63,455 bases of DNA, filler included, from Actinomycetota bacterium (GCA_046725875.1; 6 parts of 6 records of this genome joined end to end with filler, not necessarily neighbours in it), one strand, 5' to 3'; positions 1 through 9,890 are shown, counted from the first letter of the whole stretch. Made by a program: numbers and translations. The notes: generated by a model from the letters alone, not told the origin.

Positions 1-131
1 AAGTCCTATCGGGGTACCCGACGAGGATCCGGTCGTCGACCGTGGAACCCGCGATCTCCGATCTCGCGCCCTGCGGATCGTCACCGGCCTTCCTTCGAGG
101 CCATCTGTCAGGACCTGTGAGATCTCCTCGC

Positions 132-358
132 CTGGCATGACGTCTGGCATGACGAACCGCGTTCTCGCAGGTCGCTCAGGGCGATGAGTGGGGTGTGGTG
201 TCGCGTCGGTGCTGGTGGAGCGTTCGGAGTGTTCGCGCGGTTCTCTCGTAATGCGTAGGTCCCGGGTTCGATTCCCGGAGGCGGCTCTTAAAACCACACG
301 TCAGAGCCATGATCGTCAGTATCTTCATGTTCGCAATGGCATGACTATGTCATGCCAG
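132..358. repeat. TGGCATGAC repeats flanking the tRNA fragment (putative integrase arm-type sites)
   Basis: CTGGCATGACG at 132-142 and 144-154 (direct); TGGCATGAC at 337-345 and inverted GTCATGCCAG at 349-358. Confidence 0.7.
245..287 (+). mobile_element. 3' half of tRNA-Thr(CGT); probable att core of an integrative element (not a functional tRNA)
   Basis: CT-CGT-AA loop, TGCGT 3' anticodon strand, T-arm CCGGG-TTCGATT-CCCGG and acceptor 3' strand AGGCGGC are present. The 5' half (acceptor 5' strand, D-arm, ACGCA) is absent; upstream reads GGTTCT. Confidence 0.85.
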
Positions 359-569
359 GCAGTCTTGACTCGTAACACCGCGGTGCGTATCTCGTGACTG
401 TGCGCAATCATCGGCGGCCGTACCGCGACCCGCAACCCGCCGACTCGAACGCACGGATCTGCCGATGAGCGATCGTTGTCGTTTCAGGCTTCTGTTGCCC
501 ATGATCGGGCGGCTAGGTCGCGCGAAAAGGTCACGCATTGACGGCGCAGATCGTGTCAGGATGCGCGGC

Positions 570-1336
570 ATGTCTGGTCGCGCACGGAGCTTCGGAGTGA
601 TGGCGGAAGCATACGAACGGTTCCGGCCGGGTTATCCCATGGAGCTCTTCGACCTGGTGATGGCGTACGCGGGTCAGCCGGTTCGGACTGCCCTCGAGAT
701 TGGCGCTGGGACAGGCAAAGCAACCCGCCTGTTCGCTCAACGGGGGGTCACGGTCACCGCGACCGAGCCTGACGGGGCCATGCTGGCCGAGCTGTGCAAG
801 CACGTGCCAGCAAACGTCAGGACGGTGCAATCCGCGTTCGAGGACTTGCAGCCGGCTGAGAGGTACGGGCTGGTTTATGCGGCAGCAGCGCTGCATTGGA
901 CGAACCCAGAGGGTCGGTGGTCACGCATGGCCGCGCTGCTGGAGCCGGTGGGGTGTTCGCCTCGTTCGGCGGACCAGTCCAGCTGGCTGACCCGGCTGTG
1001 GAGGAAGCTGTTCGCGCGGCACGGGCACCGTTCTTGGAGAGCGACGAGGTTCCGTCCCCAGACGGGACGCCTCCAGGGCATGACATGCAGTGGCCGGGTA
1101 CGGAGCTCCAACGGTCTGACTGGTTCACCGGTGTTCAACAGTCCGTGGTCGAACGGCGCTTGACGATGTGTGCTCGCGACTACGTTGGCCATCTCTCGAC
1201 CGTCTCGGCTTATCTCGTATTGCCAACCTTGGAGCAAGAGCAGGTGTTCAGCCAGATCATGCAGGTTCTGCCTGAGACGGTCGAGATTGCCGCCGACATC
1301 ACCGTCCATCTCGCGCGTCGGCGTTGCGAGCAGTAG
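570..1336 (+). pseudogene. Class I SAM-dependent methyltransferase, split by a frameshift near 948
   Basis: SFG..AEAYERFRPGY and motif I LEIGAGTGKAT lie in ORF 465-1163. The continuation GGVFASFGG...ITVHLARR lies in ORF 896-1336. One extra G in GAGCCGGTGGGG restores LEPGGVF. Confidence 0.8.
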
Positions 1337-1540
1337 TGCCTTGATAATCAGATGTCCGCCCTGCGAACGGTCATCCGGACATGCCGCCGACGGGTGTCTG
1401 CCATCGCCGGTGCCGCAGGGTGAGACATAGCGGGCTGTGATGATCTCAGGGCCCGACGAGATGCTGGCGCGCTGGCGGCCGGCCTCGCGGTCTACCGGGC
1501 CGACCCGTGGGCGCTGCCGGACCGGCCGCCGCACGGCTCG

Positions 1541-2281
1541 GTGCCGGCGCGGGTGCTGGCCGCCACCGACCCAGCCGGACTGACCCGGCTGCGCCCCGAG
1601 ACCGGAAGCCTGGGCGGCCGCAACGCCGAGTACCTCGCCGCGGTCGCGGCCAGCGCCGCCGCCGAGGGCGAGCTGGCCCGGTCCGGGCACTGGCTGGCAC
1701 GCGGCAACGGCACCCGGCCGGAGGTGGCGCTCACCTTCGACGACGGCCCCCATCCGGTCTTCACCCCGCAGGTCCTCGACATCCTGGCCCGCTACCGGAT
1801 CCGGGCGACATTCTTCTGCGTGGGGCTATGCGCGGTCGCCTACCCCGAGCTGGTCGCGCGCATCGTCGAGGAGGGCCACCACATCGGCAACCACACCTGG
1901 TCCCACCCGTACCTGCCCGACCTCACCCGCGACGAGCTCCTGCACCAGGTCGACACCACCGGCGAGGTGCTCGGCGGGATCGCCGGCACGGTCCCGATGA
2001 TGATGCGCCCGCCCTACGCCTCGCGCACCCCCGAGGTCCTGCGCTGGCTGGCCGACCGCGATCTGACGACGGTGCTCTTCGACGTCGACGCCCGGGACTG
2101 GACCACCCCCGGAGCGGACGCCATCGTCGCGACGGTGACCACCGCGGCCGCGCCCGGGTCGATCGTGCTCATGCACGACGCGGGTGGCGACCGGGACCAG
2201 ACCGTCGCCTCCCTTCCCGGCATCGTGGAGGGGCTCCTCGGCCGCGGACTGCGCTTCGTCACGGTCGACCGGATCGGTTAA
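1541..2281 (+). CDS. Polysaccharide deacetylase (CE4/NodB domain); true start may be near 1440 behind a frameshift at ~1470
   Basis: CE4 motifs LTFDDGP, ATFF, NHTWSHP, RPPY, D.RDW, IVLMHD. Confidence 0.9.
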   Translation: MPARVLAATDPAGLTRLRPETGSLGGRNAEYLAAVAASAAAEGELARSGHWLARGNGTRPEVALTFDDGPHPVFTPQVLDILARYRIRATFFCVGLCAVAYPELVARIVEEGHHIGNHTWSHPYLPDLTRDELLHQVDTTGEVLGGIAGTVPMMMRPPYASRTPEVLRWLADRDLTTVLFDVDARDWTTPGADAIVATVTTAAAPGSIVLMHDAGGDRDQTVASLPGIVEGLLGRGLRFVTVDRIG

Positions 2282-2354
2282 CTCTCCGCGCCGTCCTGGG
2301 ATGTGGCGTTTGATTCAGGTGGTGCCAATGGGATACCCGGCGTCCCGGCTTCTT

Positions 2355-3380
2355 CTACGCGGTCCAGTCTGGGAACTCCGGCTCGCCGACGCCCGCCTGC
2401 AGCGAGGTGAGGCCGGATCCGTCCGGATGGATGATGTTCAGGCCGGGAGCGAACACCAGGTATTGGCCGTCCGGCGACCAGTCGGCGAATTGTGCGAACG
2501 TGTCGGTTAGCCGGTGCTGGTCGGCGCCGTCGGCGTTCATGACGTAGAGGGCGAAGTACGGCCCGATGTCGCCGGTGGTGCGGCAGTCGGGACGGTCGGA
2601 GTTGGAGCAGTCGTCGCGGGTAGACGCGAAGGCGATCTTGCGACCGTCCGGTGACCACGACGGGAATCCGTCGTCGCTGGGGTTATCGGTGAGGCGGGTG
2701 ATCCCGGTACCGTCCGCGTTCATCACGTAGATGTTGTAGTCGGGGTCATTTCCTGAAGCTCCGGGTTCTTGGGACATGAACGCGATCTTGGTTCCGTCGG
2801 GTGACCAGGCCTGGTACTCGACATAGATGTCAGCGGGGATGAGATGAAGCCCGGTCCCGTCCGGGTCTTCCACGCAGGCCCGGAACCCGAACGACACGCC
2901 GCGGGCACAGTTCCACAGCACCCTTGCGTCGGGAGACCAGGTGGGCCCCCAATCATCGGCCGGGTCTCGGCTCAGGTTGTGCTGTCCGGAACCGTCGGCG
3001 CTTATCACATAGATCTCGTTGTTGCCGTCCCGCTCCGACCGGAACGCGACCGTCCGCCCGTCGGGCGACCACGCAGGATCGAAGTCGTGAGCGGGGTTGG
3101 TGGTCAGCCTGTGCAGCCCCGATCCATCCGCGTTCACCACCCAGATGTCCTCGGTTCCGTTCGAGAATGTGATCCGGCCGGTAAGCGAGGACACGTCGAT
3201 GGGCCCAGGGGCCGCCGGCGATGGTTCAGAGTTCGCAGACGAGCCTGGAGAGAGCCGCGCAGATGGTGGGGGAGTTCCAGCCCCTGACCCGGACTGGGCA
3301 TCCCCGCCAGACGTGCATCCGGCCAGGACCACGGTGGCCGCGGCGGCCAGCCCGAGCATCGGAGTGGCACGGGACGACAT
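2355..3380 (-). CDS. TolB-like beta-propeller lipoprotein (PD40 repeats)
   Basis: SD GGAGG before MSSRATP; signal peptide with LAGC lipobox; repeated P.WSPDG and IYVMNADG blades. Confidence 0.85.
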   Translation of the reverse strand: MSSRATPMLGLAAAATVVLAGCTSGGDAQSGSGAGTPPPSARLSPGSSANSEPSPAAPGPIDVSSLTGRITFSNGTEDIWVVNADGSGLHRLTTNPAHDFDPAWSPDGRTVAFRSERDGNNEIYVISADGSGQHNLSRDPADDWGPTWSPDARVLWNCARGVSFGFRACVEDPDGTGLHLIPADIYVEYQAWSPDGTKIAFMSQEPGASGNDPDYNIYVMNADGTGITRLTDNPSDDGFPSWSPDGRKIAFASTRDDCSNSDRPDCRTTGDIGPYFALYVMNADGADQHRLTDTFAQFADWSPDGQYLVFAPGLNIIHPDGSGLTSLQAGVGEPEFPDWTA

Positions 3381-3484
3381 CGGCTCCTCCCTCCTTTCGC
3401 TCCCAGGTGACCTCTGGTACACCCGGGACCGCCTAACGGTTCCGGGGCGCGGCGCGGCGCCAGGTGCGGAGCCGGTGCATAGCC

Positions 3485-4378
3485 CCGGGCGGCGTGAGCG
3501 TTCGCCCGGGGCGCGCGAATCGGCGTCCTGATCACCTGGATGCCGGCGGCGGCGCACGCCGCGTCGAACGCCATGGTGAGCGTCGCGTCCCGGTCAGATC
3601 AGCAACCAGGACCGCTGGGCGTGCTCGTCCAAGTGCATCAGCACCTTCCGGGCGGACTGTGCGGTCCAGACACCGGTGGGGTGGGCGGTGATGCCGGCCA
3701 GGTGTACCCGGCGATGCTCCACCTCGATGAGGGCAGCCCATACAGCCGGGTCATGCTGATCGTTTCGACGGTCGGGAGGTTCCACGCGATCACCCCGGTG
3801 GCCTGCGCTTGCAGGAACGCCGCCCAGCTTGGTCCGCCGCGGCGTGGCGCCGGGCCGAGCCGGTGGGAGCAAGGATGGTACGGACCGAGGTCGCCGACGC
3901 CGTGACGCCGGGCTTGCGGCATTCGCCTGCGATCCGCAGGTACCCCCAGCGCGGATTCTCCCTCGCCAGGCGCGCCACAAGCTGGACGGCCTCCTGCGCC
4001 AAGGCGCGAGGATCACGCCGACCGGTGGGCCGGTATTTCCAACGGCCGCGCACGAGATCCCGGTGCCACCGCAACAGCGTCGAAGGCGTGACCAGGAAGA
4101 TCGTCCAACGCTCCCGCGGCATGAGCCTGGCCAAGGTGGCGAGGACGAGTCGGTCGGCCGGGGAGTAGCGAGGGCGGGCGACCTGGGCGCAGCACCATCG
4201 ACTGGTGGCGCAGCACCGCGATCTCCACCTCCCTCGCGTCCAGGACCGAACCGAGCCCGACCAGACCCAGAACCCTGCCGGCGATCAAGAACCCTACGGT
4301 GCCCGCCACCACGGCGACGATCCTGCCAGCCCGGCATCATGCGTGCTCACAGCTGGATCTGCGAAGTTGCACCCCACA
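3485..4378 (-). mobile_element. Degraded integrase-core (rve/DDE) IS transposase with several frameshifts
   Basis: Family motifs spread over frames: EVEIAVLRHQ, VTPSTLLRWHR, LARENPRWGYLRI.GE, GPSWAAFL.AQA, RRVHLAGITAHPT, IRTPIRAPRANAHA. A TGT-type end (TGTGGGGTGCAAC, minus strand) starts at 4378. Confidence 0.85.
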
Positions 4379-4797
4379 GGCCACCGGCAAGGTCGTTGCA
4401 GCCTGCCTCCCGCGGCATCGCCACCGGGAGTTCCTGCGCTTCCTCAAGCAGGTCGCCACCACCTACCCGCGCCGCGAGCTGCACATCGTGTGCGACAACT
4501 ACGGCACCCACAAGCATCCCAAGATCCGCCAATGGCTGGCGGACAACCGGGGGATCCAGCTGAACTTCGCCCCCCACCGGCGGGTCATGGCTAAACCTCG
4601 TCGAGGTGTTCTTCGGGATGACCACCCGGCAGGCCATCCGATGTGGCAGCTTCGCATCGGTCAAAGATCTCATCACCGCGATCCGCGCCTTCATCGACGG
4701 CTGGAACGAACGCTGCCAACCATTCGAATGGACTAAACCAGCCGACCAGGTCCTGGCCAAGACGCAGCGTGAAACAACTGCAGAAACGCGACACTAG
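4379..4797 (+). mobile_element. IS630-family transposase 3' remnant, frameshifted
   Basis: ATGKV..CLPRHRHREFLRFL, LHIVCDNYGTHKHP, (S)WLNLVEVFF, GSFASVKDL.TAI, PFEWTK; ends at CACTAG. Confidence 0.85.
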
Positions 4798-5578
4798 CCA
4801 GTCGGTTTGTGATGGCCGGCCGTCGGTTGATACCTGAAGGCGGCTATTCGGCCTGTCTGACTTTCCGCGATCAGCCCGGCAAGCTTCTCAGCCGTTCCGT
4901 TCACATCGTATTTTGCCGCGTTTTGACGGCAGCGATGCGCCACCTCCGCTCGAAACCGTGGTTGCTCTATCAACCTGCCCAGCCCCGTGGCGATCTGTAA
5001 ATGGTCCATCGCCAGGGCTCCGCTGTGAATCTCGGGATAGGCTACCGTGTTGGGGACTACGCAGGCGGCGCCGGCGTAGGCTGCCTCCAGCATGGCGATG
5101 CCGAAGGTCTCATGGTACGAGCACGAAAAGGCAATATCCACATTAGATAGCAAGCGCCAGTAGTCGACCTGTCTGGCGAATCGAGATAGGAACTGAACGT
5201 TGCCCAAGCGGGTGAGCCTCGGCAGGGCCCGGGCGAAGTAGTCTTTGAGGCTCCGGGGGACCCAGAAGGGCTCATCCCAGTCCTCGTTCCGGCCGACAAG
5301 GAACGTCACGTCCCCGTGCTTCGCCGCCAGGGTCTCGATGATGTCCAGCGCGCCCCGGAGGTTCTTGTCGCTGCGCCAGCGGTGCTGCCACAGCACCGTC
5401 AGGCTGGGGCGTTCGGTGCGCTTCTCGTGTCGGCACTGGTCTATAGCCTCTAGGTCGAGGCCGAGGAAACAGACCTCAAACTGAAAGCCTTCGATGCGCT
5501 CCTCCAGAAGGCGTTTGGTGAAGAAGCTGTTCACGGCGTGTCGCCGGAAGTAGGGCATGATATCTGCCACGGACTCGA
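4794..5578 (-). CDS. GT-B (GT4-like) glycosyltransferase, GTDC1/DUF3524-like; 5' end cut by contig edge
   Basis: LWQHRWRSDKN, DYWRLL..VD..S.SYHETFGIAMLEAAYAG, P...AYPEI. Confidence 0.8.
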
Positions 5579-5678
5579 NNNNNNNNNNNNNNNNNNNNNN
5601 NNNNNNNNNNNNNNNNNNNNNNTTAATTAATTAANNNNNNNNNNNNNNNNNNNNNNNNNNNNNNNNNNNNNNNNNNNN
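5579..5678. other. Artificial contig linker
   Basis: N44-TTAATTAATTAA-N44 (stops in all frames). Confidence 0.99.
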
Positions 5679-5796
5679 CGGCCACTGCACCCTCCTTGAG
5701 CTTGCCCCAGTTCCCGGATCTGGCGTGCCCGGCGTGTCGTCTTGATACCGGGCGGCCATCTCATGCTCATGCTTCGTGACAAGACCGAGCAACGGG

Positions 5797-6262
5797 ATGG
5801 CCGCCGGGGTCATAGCAGAAGACCGGGCCTGGCTGGAGAGACTTGATGGCGAGCTGCGCCGGGAGCTGGCGCCGGTGTTCGCGCAGGCTGGTTCGCGGCT
5901 GACGGCGTTTCCGTATATCGGTGCGCTGCTGGCTGAGCCGGGTGACCGCAAGTCGTGCTGGCAGCTCGCCGAGCGGGCCGGGCACGCCACGCCGCGGCGG
6001 ATGCAGGCGCTGCTGGCCGAGTATGTCTGGGACTGGAAGGCGGTGCTGGCCGCGCTGCAGCGGTTCATCGTTGCGCAGCTGGGCGACCCGGAGGCGATCG
6101 TGGTGCTAGACGAGACCGCCGAGCTGAAGAAGGGGACCGCCACGGCCGGCGTGGCCCGGCATGCCGGGATCACCGGGCAGGTGGAGAACTGCCAGACGGT
6201 GGTGTTCGCCGCCTATGCCACCGCCAGCGCCCACGTACTGTCCGATTTCCGGCTCTACCTAC
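5797..6262 (+). mobile_element. IS701-family transposase N-terminal remnant
   Basis: RKSCWQLAERAGHATP.RMQALL, VVLDET.ELKKG, G.TGQVENCQT.VF, DFRLYL, then abrupt loss of similarity. Confidence 0.85.
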
Positions 6263-6762
6263 GATCCGGAGGAGCGCGGACGCGCGGTCGCGAAACTGGA
6301 CGGGACGCGACTGCGCTCGGCCGGGTCGAGGCAGTCCAAGCCGGCGTCACCGACAGCACCGTCGACATGGCCATCGAGTATGAGCGCCAACTTGTGCCGA
6401 AGGCCATCGACCGTGGGCTTCCGCGGAGCGATATAGACCACCTCTCGCATGCCTTCTATGCGTTGCTTGACGAGAACCGCAGATATGGGTTCGAGGCTGC
6501 CGGAATGTGAGGTCGTGAAAATGTCCGGCCACGTCAAACGGTGGCAGCATGCGGGCGCCGCTGTTCAGAGGGGCGCGGCGAGGAGCTGGGGTGGGATTGG
6601 ACATCAGCCAGGCCGCGACCCAGCTCGCCGCCGCAGCGGGCATCCTCCCCAACGCACCGGTCGGCGCCGACCAGAGGTGACGGCCAGAACCTACCTCCTC
6701 GTGTGACTCTCTCCCTCACGGATCGAAGTGCCGACGAGATCCCGGACGGTTCGCGACAGAGC

Positions 6763-6801
6763 GGGCGCAAGGTCCCCTGCGGGAAGGGACATTCGGCCCT
6801 T
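6763..6801. promoter_or_regulatory. Putative tandem DosR/DevR(OsdR)-type boxes upstream of the ABM gene
   Basis: AAGGGACATTCGGCCCTT (6784-6801) fits GGGACnTTnGnCCC; weaker GGGCGCAAGGTCCC at 6763-6776. Confidence 0.45.
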
Positions 6802-6876
6802 CCTCATAATCCGCCTAGGGCATCGAGTGTTAGTGGAGGTGAGACACAGGGTCATTCACGTGCAGGAGGGACAACG

Positions 6877-7251
6877 ATGAGTCAGTTCGAAGTGCGCACG
6901 CGGCTGAAGGTGCGCGAGTGGCAGCTGGAGGGCTTCAAGTGGCAAGCCGCTGAGATGATGCGGCAGGCGAGGGCGAAGGACACCGGAACGCTCGCATACG
7001 ACTGGTTCCTCAGCAAGGACGGGACCGAGTGCGAGCTCCGCGAGGCCTACGTGGATGAGGATGCATTTATCGAGCATGCCTTCCACGTCCGGGCAGCGCG
7101 GGACCTCCTGTTCGCCGAGTTCACCGACAACCACAAGATGGCGATCTACGGCGACCCGTCGCCGCGGCTGGTCGAGTTTGTGGACAAATCGGGTGTGAAC
7201 GTCACGTGGTTCACCCTGCTCCAGGCGTTGGAGCCGGCGACCGTCCCCTGA
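6877..7251 (+). CDS. Antibiotic biosynthesis monooxygenase (ABM/quinol monooxygenase-like) protein
   Basis: SD GGAGG; KDTGTLAYDWF..DGTECELRE.Y pattern; 124 aa. Confidence 0.75.
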   Translation: MSQFEVRTRLKVREWQLEGFKWQAAEMMRQARAKDTGTLAYDWFLSKDGTECELREAYVDEDAFIEHAFHVRAARDLLFAEFTDNHKMAIYGDPSPRLVEFVDKSGVNVTWFTLLQALEPATVP

Positions 7252-7340
7252 GTAGGTCGAGGGCATCGACATGGGCCGGCACAACCCCTGAGACCTCGCC
7301 CGTCCGTTACGGTGGCTGCACGGCCGGAGGAGGTTTCACG

Positions 7341-7733
7341 ATGCCCGTGGAGCTCAACCACACCATCGTCGCAGCCCGAAACAAGAAGGTGGCCGCCGAG
7401 TTCCTGGCCACCGTGCTGGGACTACGGCTCGGCGCCCCGTTCGGCCCGTTCCTGCCGGTGGAAACCAGCAACGGCGTGACGTTGGATTTCGTCGACAGCG
7501 ACGCCGATCCGATCACGTCGCAGCACTACGCGTTTCTGGTGTCCGAGCAGGAGTTCGACGAGATCTTCGGGCGGATCCAGCAAGCTGGGATCACCTACTA
7601 TGCCGATCCCTGGCACCGACAACCTGGCCAGATCAATCACAACGACGGCGGCCGGGGCGCTTACTTCGCAGATCCGAATGGGCACAACCTCGAGATCATC
7701 ACGCGGCCATACGGCAGCGGAACCGGCTCCTGA
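7341..7733 (+). CDS. VOC/glyoxalase family protein
   Basis: SD GGAGGAGG; LNHTIV, QHYAFLV, GGRGAYFADPNGHNLEIIT. Confidence 0.92.
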   Translation: MPVELNHTIVAARNKKVAAEFLATVLGLRLGAPFGPFLPVETSNGVTLDFVDSDADPITSQHYAFLVSEQEFDEIFGRIQQAGITYYADPWHRQPGQINHNDGGRGAYFADPNGHNLEIITRPYGSGTGS

Positions 7734-7754
7734 CCCGTCCGGACAGGACATGAC

Positions 7755-8456
7755 TCATGCCTGCGGGTGGACTAGTCCTGTCTGGTAGGCGATAACGACC
7801 AGTTGCGCGCGGTCACGCGCGCCCAGCTTCGCCATCGCGCGGCTGACGTGGGTGCGGGCCGTGGCCGGGCTGAGGTAGAGCTCGGCGCCGATCTCGTCGT
7901 TGCTCAACCCCTGTCCCACGAGGGCCAGCACCTCGCGCTCGCGTGGGGTCAGCGCCGCCAGTCGGTCTTCGGCTGCCTGGGTAGCGATCCGTCCTGCGGT
8001 GAATTGAGCGATGAGGCGCCGGGTGATACGCGGGGCTAGCAGCGCGTGCCCGGCGGCGACCACCCGCACGGCATGCAGGAGCTCGGCCGGGCCGGCGTCT
8101 TTGAGCAGGAAGCCGCTGGCACCCGCCTGCAAGGCGTCGAAGACGTACGCGTCGGTGTCGTAGGTGGTCAGGATGAGGACATGAACCTCCTTGAGTCCCG
8201 AGGTGTTTGCGATCTCGCGGGTCGCCTCGATCCCGTCCAGCTGTGGCATACGGATGTCCATGAGGATGACGTCGGGCCGGGTGGCTCGGGCCCGTTCCAC
8301 GGCCTCTGCGCCGGTGGTGGCCTCTCCCACCACGGTGATGTCGTCTTCGAGGTCGAGTAGCACCCTGAAGCCGGATCGCACAAGACCCTCATCGTCGGCG
8401 AGCAGCACCTTGATGGGAGGAGGGCTGTCAGGGGGCGACGCGGCTGCTGGGCTCAT
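7755..8456 (-). CDS. NarL/LuxR-family response regulator
   Basis: VLLADD, ILMDIRMP, GASGFLLKD, LTPREREVL...TARTHV. Confidence 0.95.
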   Translation of the reverse strand: MSPAAASPPDSPPPIKVLLADDEGLVRSGFRVLLDLEDDITVVGEATTGAEAVERARATRPDVILMDIRMPQLDGIEATREIANTSGLKEVHVLILTTYDTDAYVFDALQAGASGFLLKDAGPAELLHAVRVVAAGHALLAPRITRRLIAQFTAGRIATQAAEDRLAALTPREREVLALVGQGLSNDEIGAELYLSPATARTHVSRAMAKLGARDRAQLVVIAYQTGLVHPQA

Positions 8457-9703
8457 CAGTGCGCCGTTCCGATCGGCGCCAGGGGCAGTCGTGCCTTGAC
8501 CTCGAACCCTCCGCTCGGACGCGACCGAGCGGTCAGGTCACCGCCCAGTAGTTGGCAGCGCTCGCGCATTCCGGCGATTCCTCGGCCTGGCCCGGCCAAG
8601 CTGCCGGTGCCGTTGCTGCTCGGATGCTTGGCGAGTACATGCAGGCCCGCGGGATGATCGCCGGCGACGTGACGGCGCCCTTCGTCGGTCACGCGGACCT
8701 CCACGACATCGGCGCCGTAGTCCAGCGCGACCTTCACCCGGGTCGGGCCGACGTGACGGATGACATTGGTGATGGACTCTTGGAGGATGCGGTAGACCGC
8801 ACTGCCCACCGCGCTGGGCAACGGCTCTGCCGGCGAGGCTGCCTCGAGGGTGATGTCGAGTCCGGCGTTGCGCGCCTTCGCGGTGAGCTCGTCGATCTGT
8901 CCCAGGCCCGGGTGCGGCATACGACCCTCGTTGGCATCACGGAGCACCCCGAGGATGGCCCGCATCTCACGCAACGCCTGGGAGCTTGTCTGCTCGATGG
9001 CGACCAGCGTCTCCCGCGCTTGCTCCGGCCGCTTGTCGAGGACATGTGCGGTGACGCCGGACTGGACGTTGATGATCGCGATCGCGTGAGCGACGGTGTC
9101 GTGGACCTCACGCGCGATTCGGAGCCGTTCGGCGTCGACTCGTGAACGGGCCTCCTCCTCCCGAGTCCGCTCTGCCCACTCGGCACGTTCCTGAGCCTCT
9201 GCGGCGATAAACCGCCGCGACCGGACCGACTCGCCAAGCGCAGCGCTCATGACCGACGCGCCGATCCGGAAGAACACCCAGCCGATCGCGGCCCGCGGCT
9301 CGATGTCGGTCGCGGTGACCAGCCAGACGATCGTCAGCACCGTGATTCCCCCGCCGGCGGTCACCAGCGACCGGCGCCCATCGCCGTAGGCAGTAAGCGT
9401 GTATAGGGCGACGAAGAGACCGAGCCAGCCGGGCCCGTCCGGGAAGTCGAGACTGTAATAGACGAGACTGCAGAGCGCGGTTGTGATGAACACCGGCACC
9501 GGCCACCGGCGGCGGGCGGCAACGACCACGCCACTCACGATCAGCAGGACGTATCCCAGGTTTCCAAAGTCGGTGAGGGGCCGCACCACCTCGGTGGGCT
9601 CGCGGCTAACCGTGCCCTGCACCTGCATCACCGTGATGAAGAGGGCGAGCAACGCGTCCTGCGCCAGGACAGGCAGACGGAACGACGCGGGACGGCGCTT
9701 CAT
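8456..9703 (-). CDS. Membrane sensor histidine kinase (HisKA_3)
   Basis: TM region; ERLRIAREVHDTVAH, YRILQESITNVIRH, G.GIAGMRER; stop overlaps regulator start. Confidence 0.93.
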   Translation of the reverse strand: MKRRPASFRLPVLAQDALLALFITVMQVQGTVSREPTEVVRPLTDFGNLGYVLLIVSGVVVAARRRWPVPVFITTALCSLVYYSLDFPDGPGWLGLFVALYTLTAYGDGRRSLVTAGGGITVLTIVWLVTATDIEPRAAIGWVFFRIGASVMSAALGESVRSRRFIAAEAQERAEWAERTREEEARSRVDAERLRIAREVHDTVAHAIAIINVQSGVTAHVLDKRPEQARETLVAIEQTSSQALREMRAILGVLRDANEGRMPHPGLGQIDELTAKARNAGLDITLEAASPAEPLPSAVGSAVYRILQESITNVIRHVGPTRVKVALDYGADVVEVRVTDEGRRHVAGDHPAGLHVLAKHPSSNGTGSLAGPGRGIAGMRERCQLLGGDLTARSRPSGGFEVKARLPLAPIGTAH

Positions 9704-9890
9704 ACCCCGGATCATAAGCTTCCCGCGCGAACACCGACTCCAATCAGACGCGCGACCGTGTACGACAAGGAGCGTGGTCGGACGCGGGCCAACTACGCAG
9801 ATCGGCGGACGTACTGCCATCCATTGTCGGACGACCGGCCCACCTCGTCGGCGCGACGATCGCTTCCGTGAAACCGCATACGGAGGCCCC

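Noticed and set aside
215..290. Functional tRNA-Thr gene
   Set aside because: Acceptor 5' strand, D-arm and 5' anticodon stem are missing.
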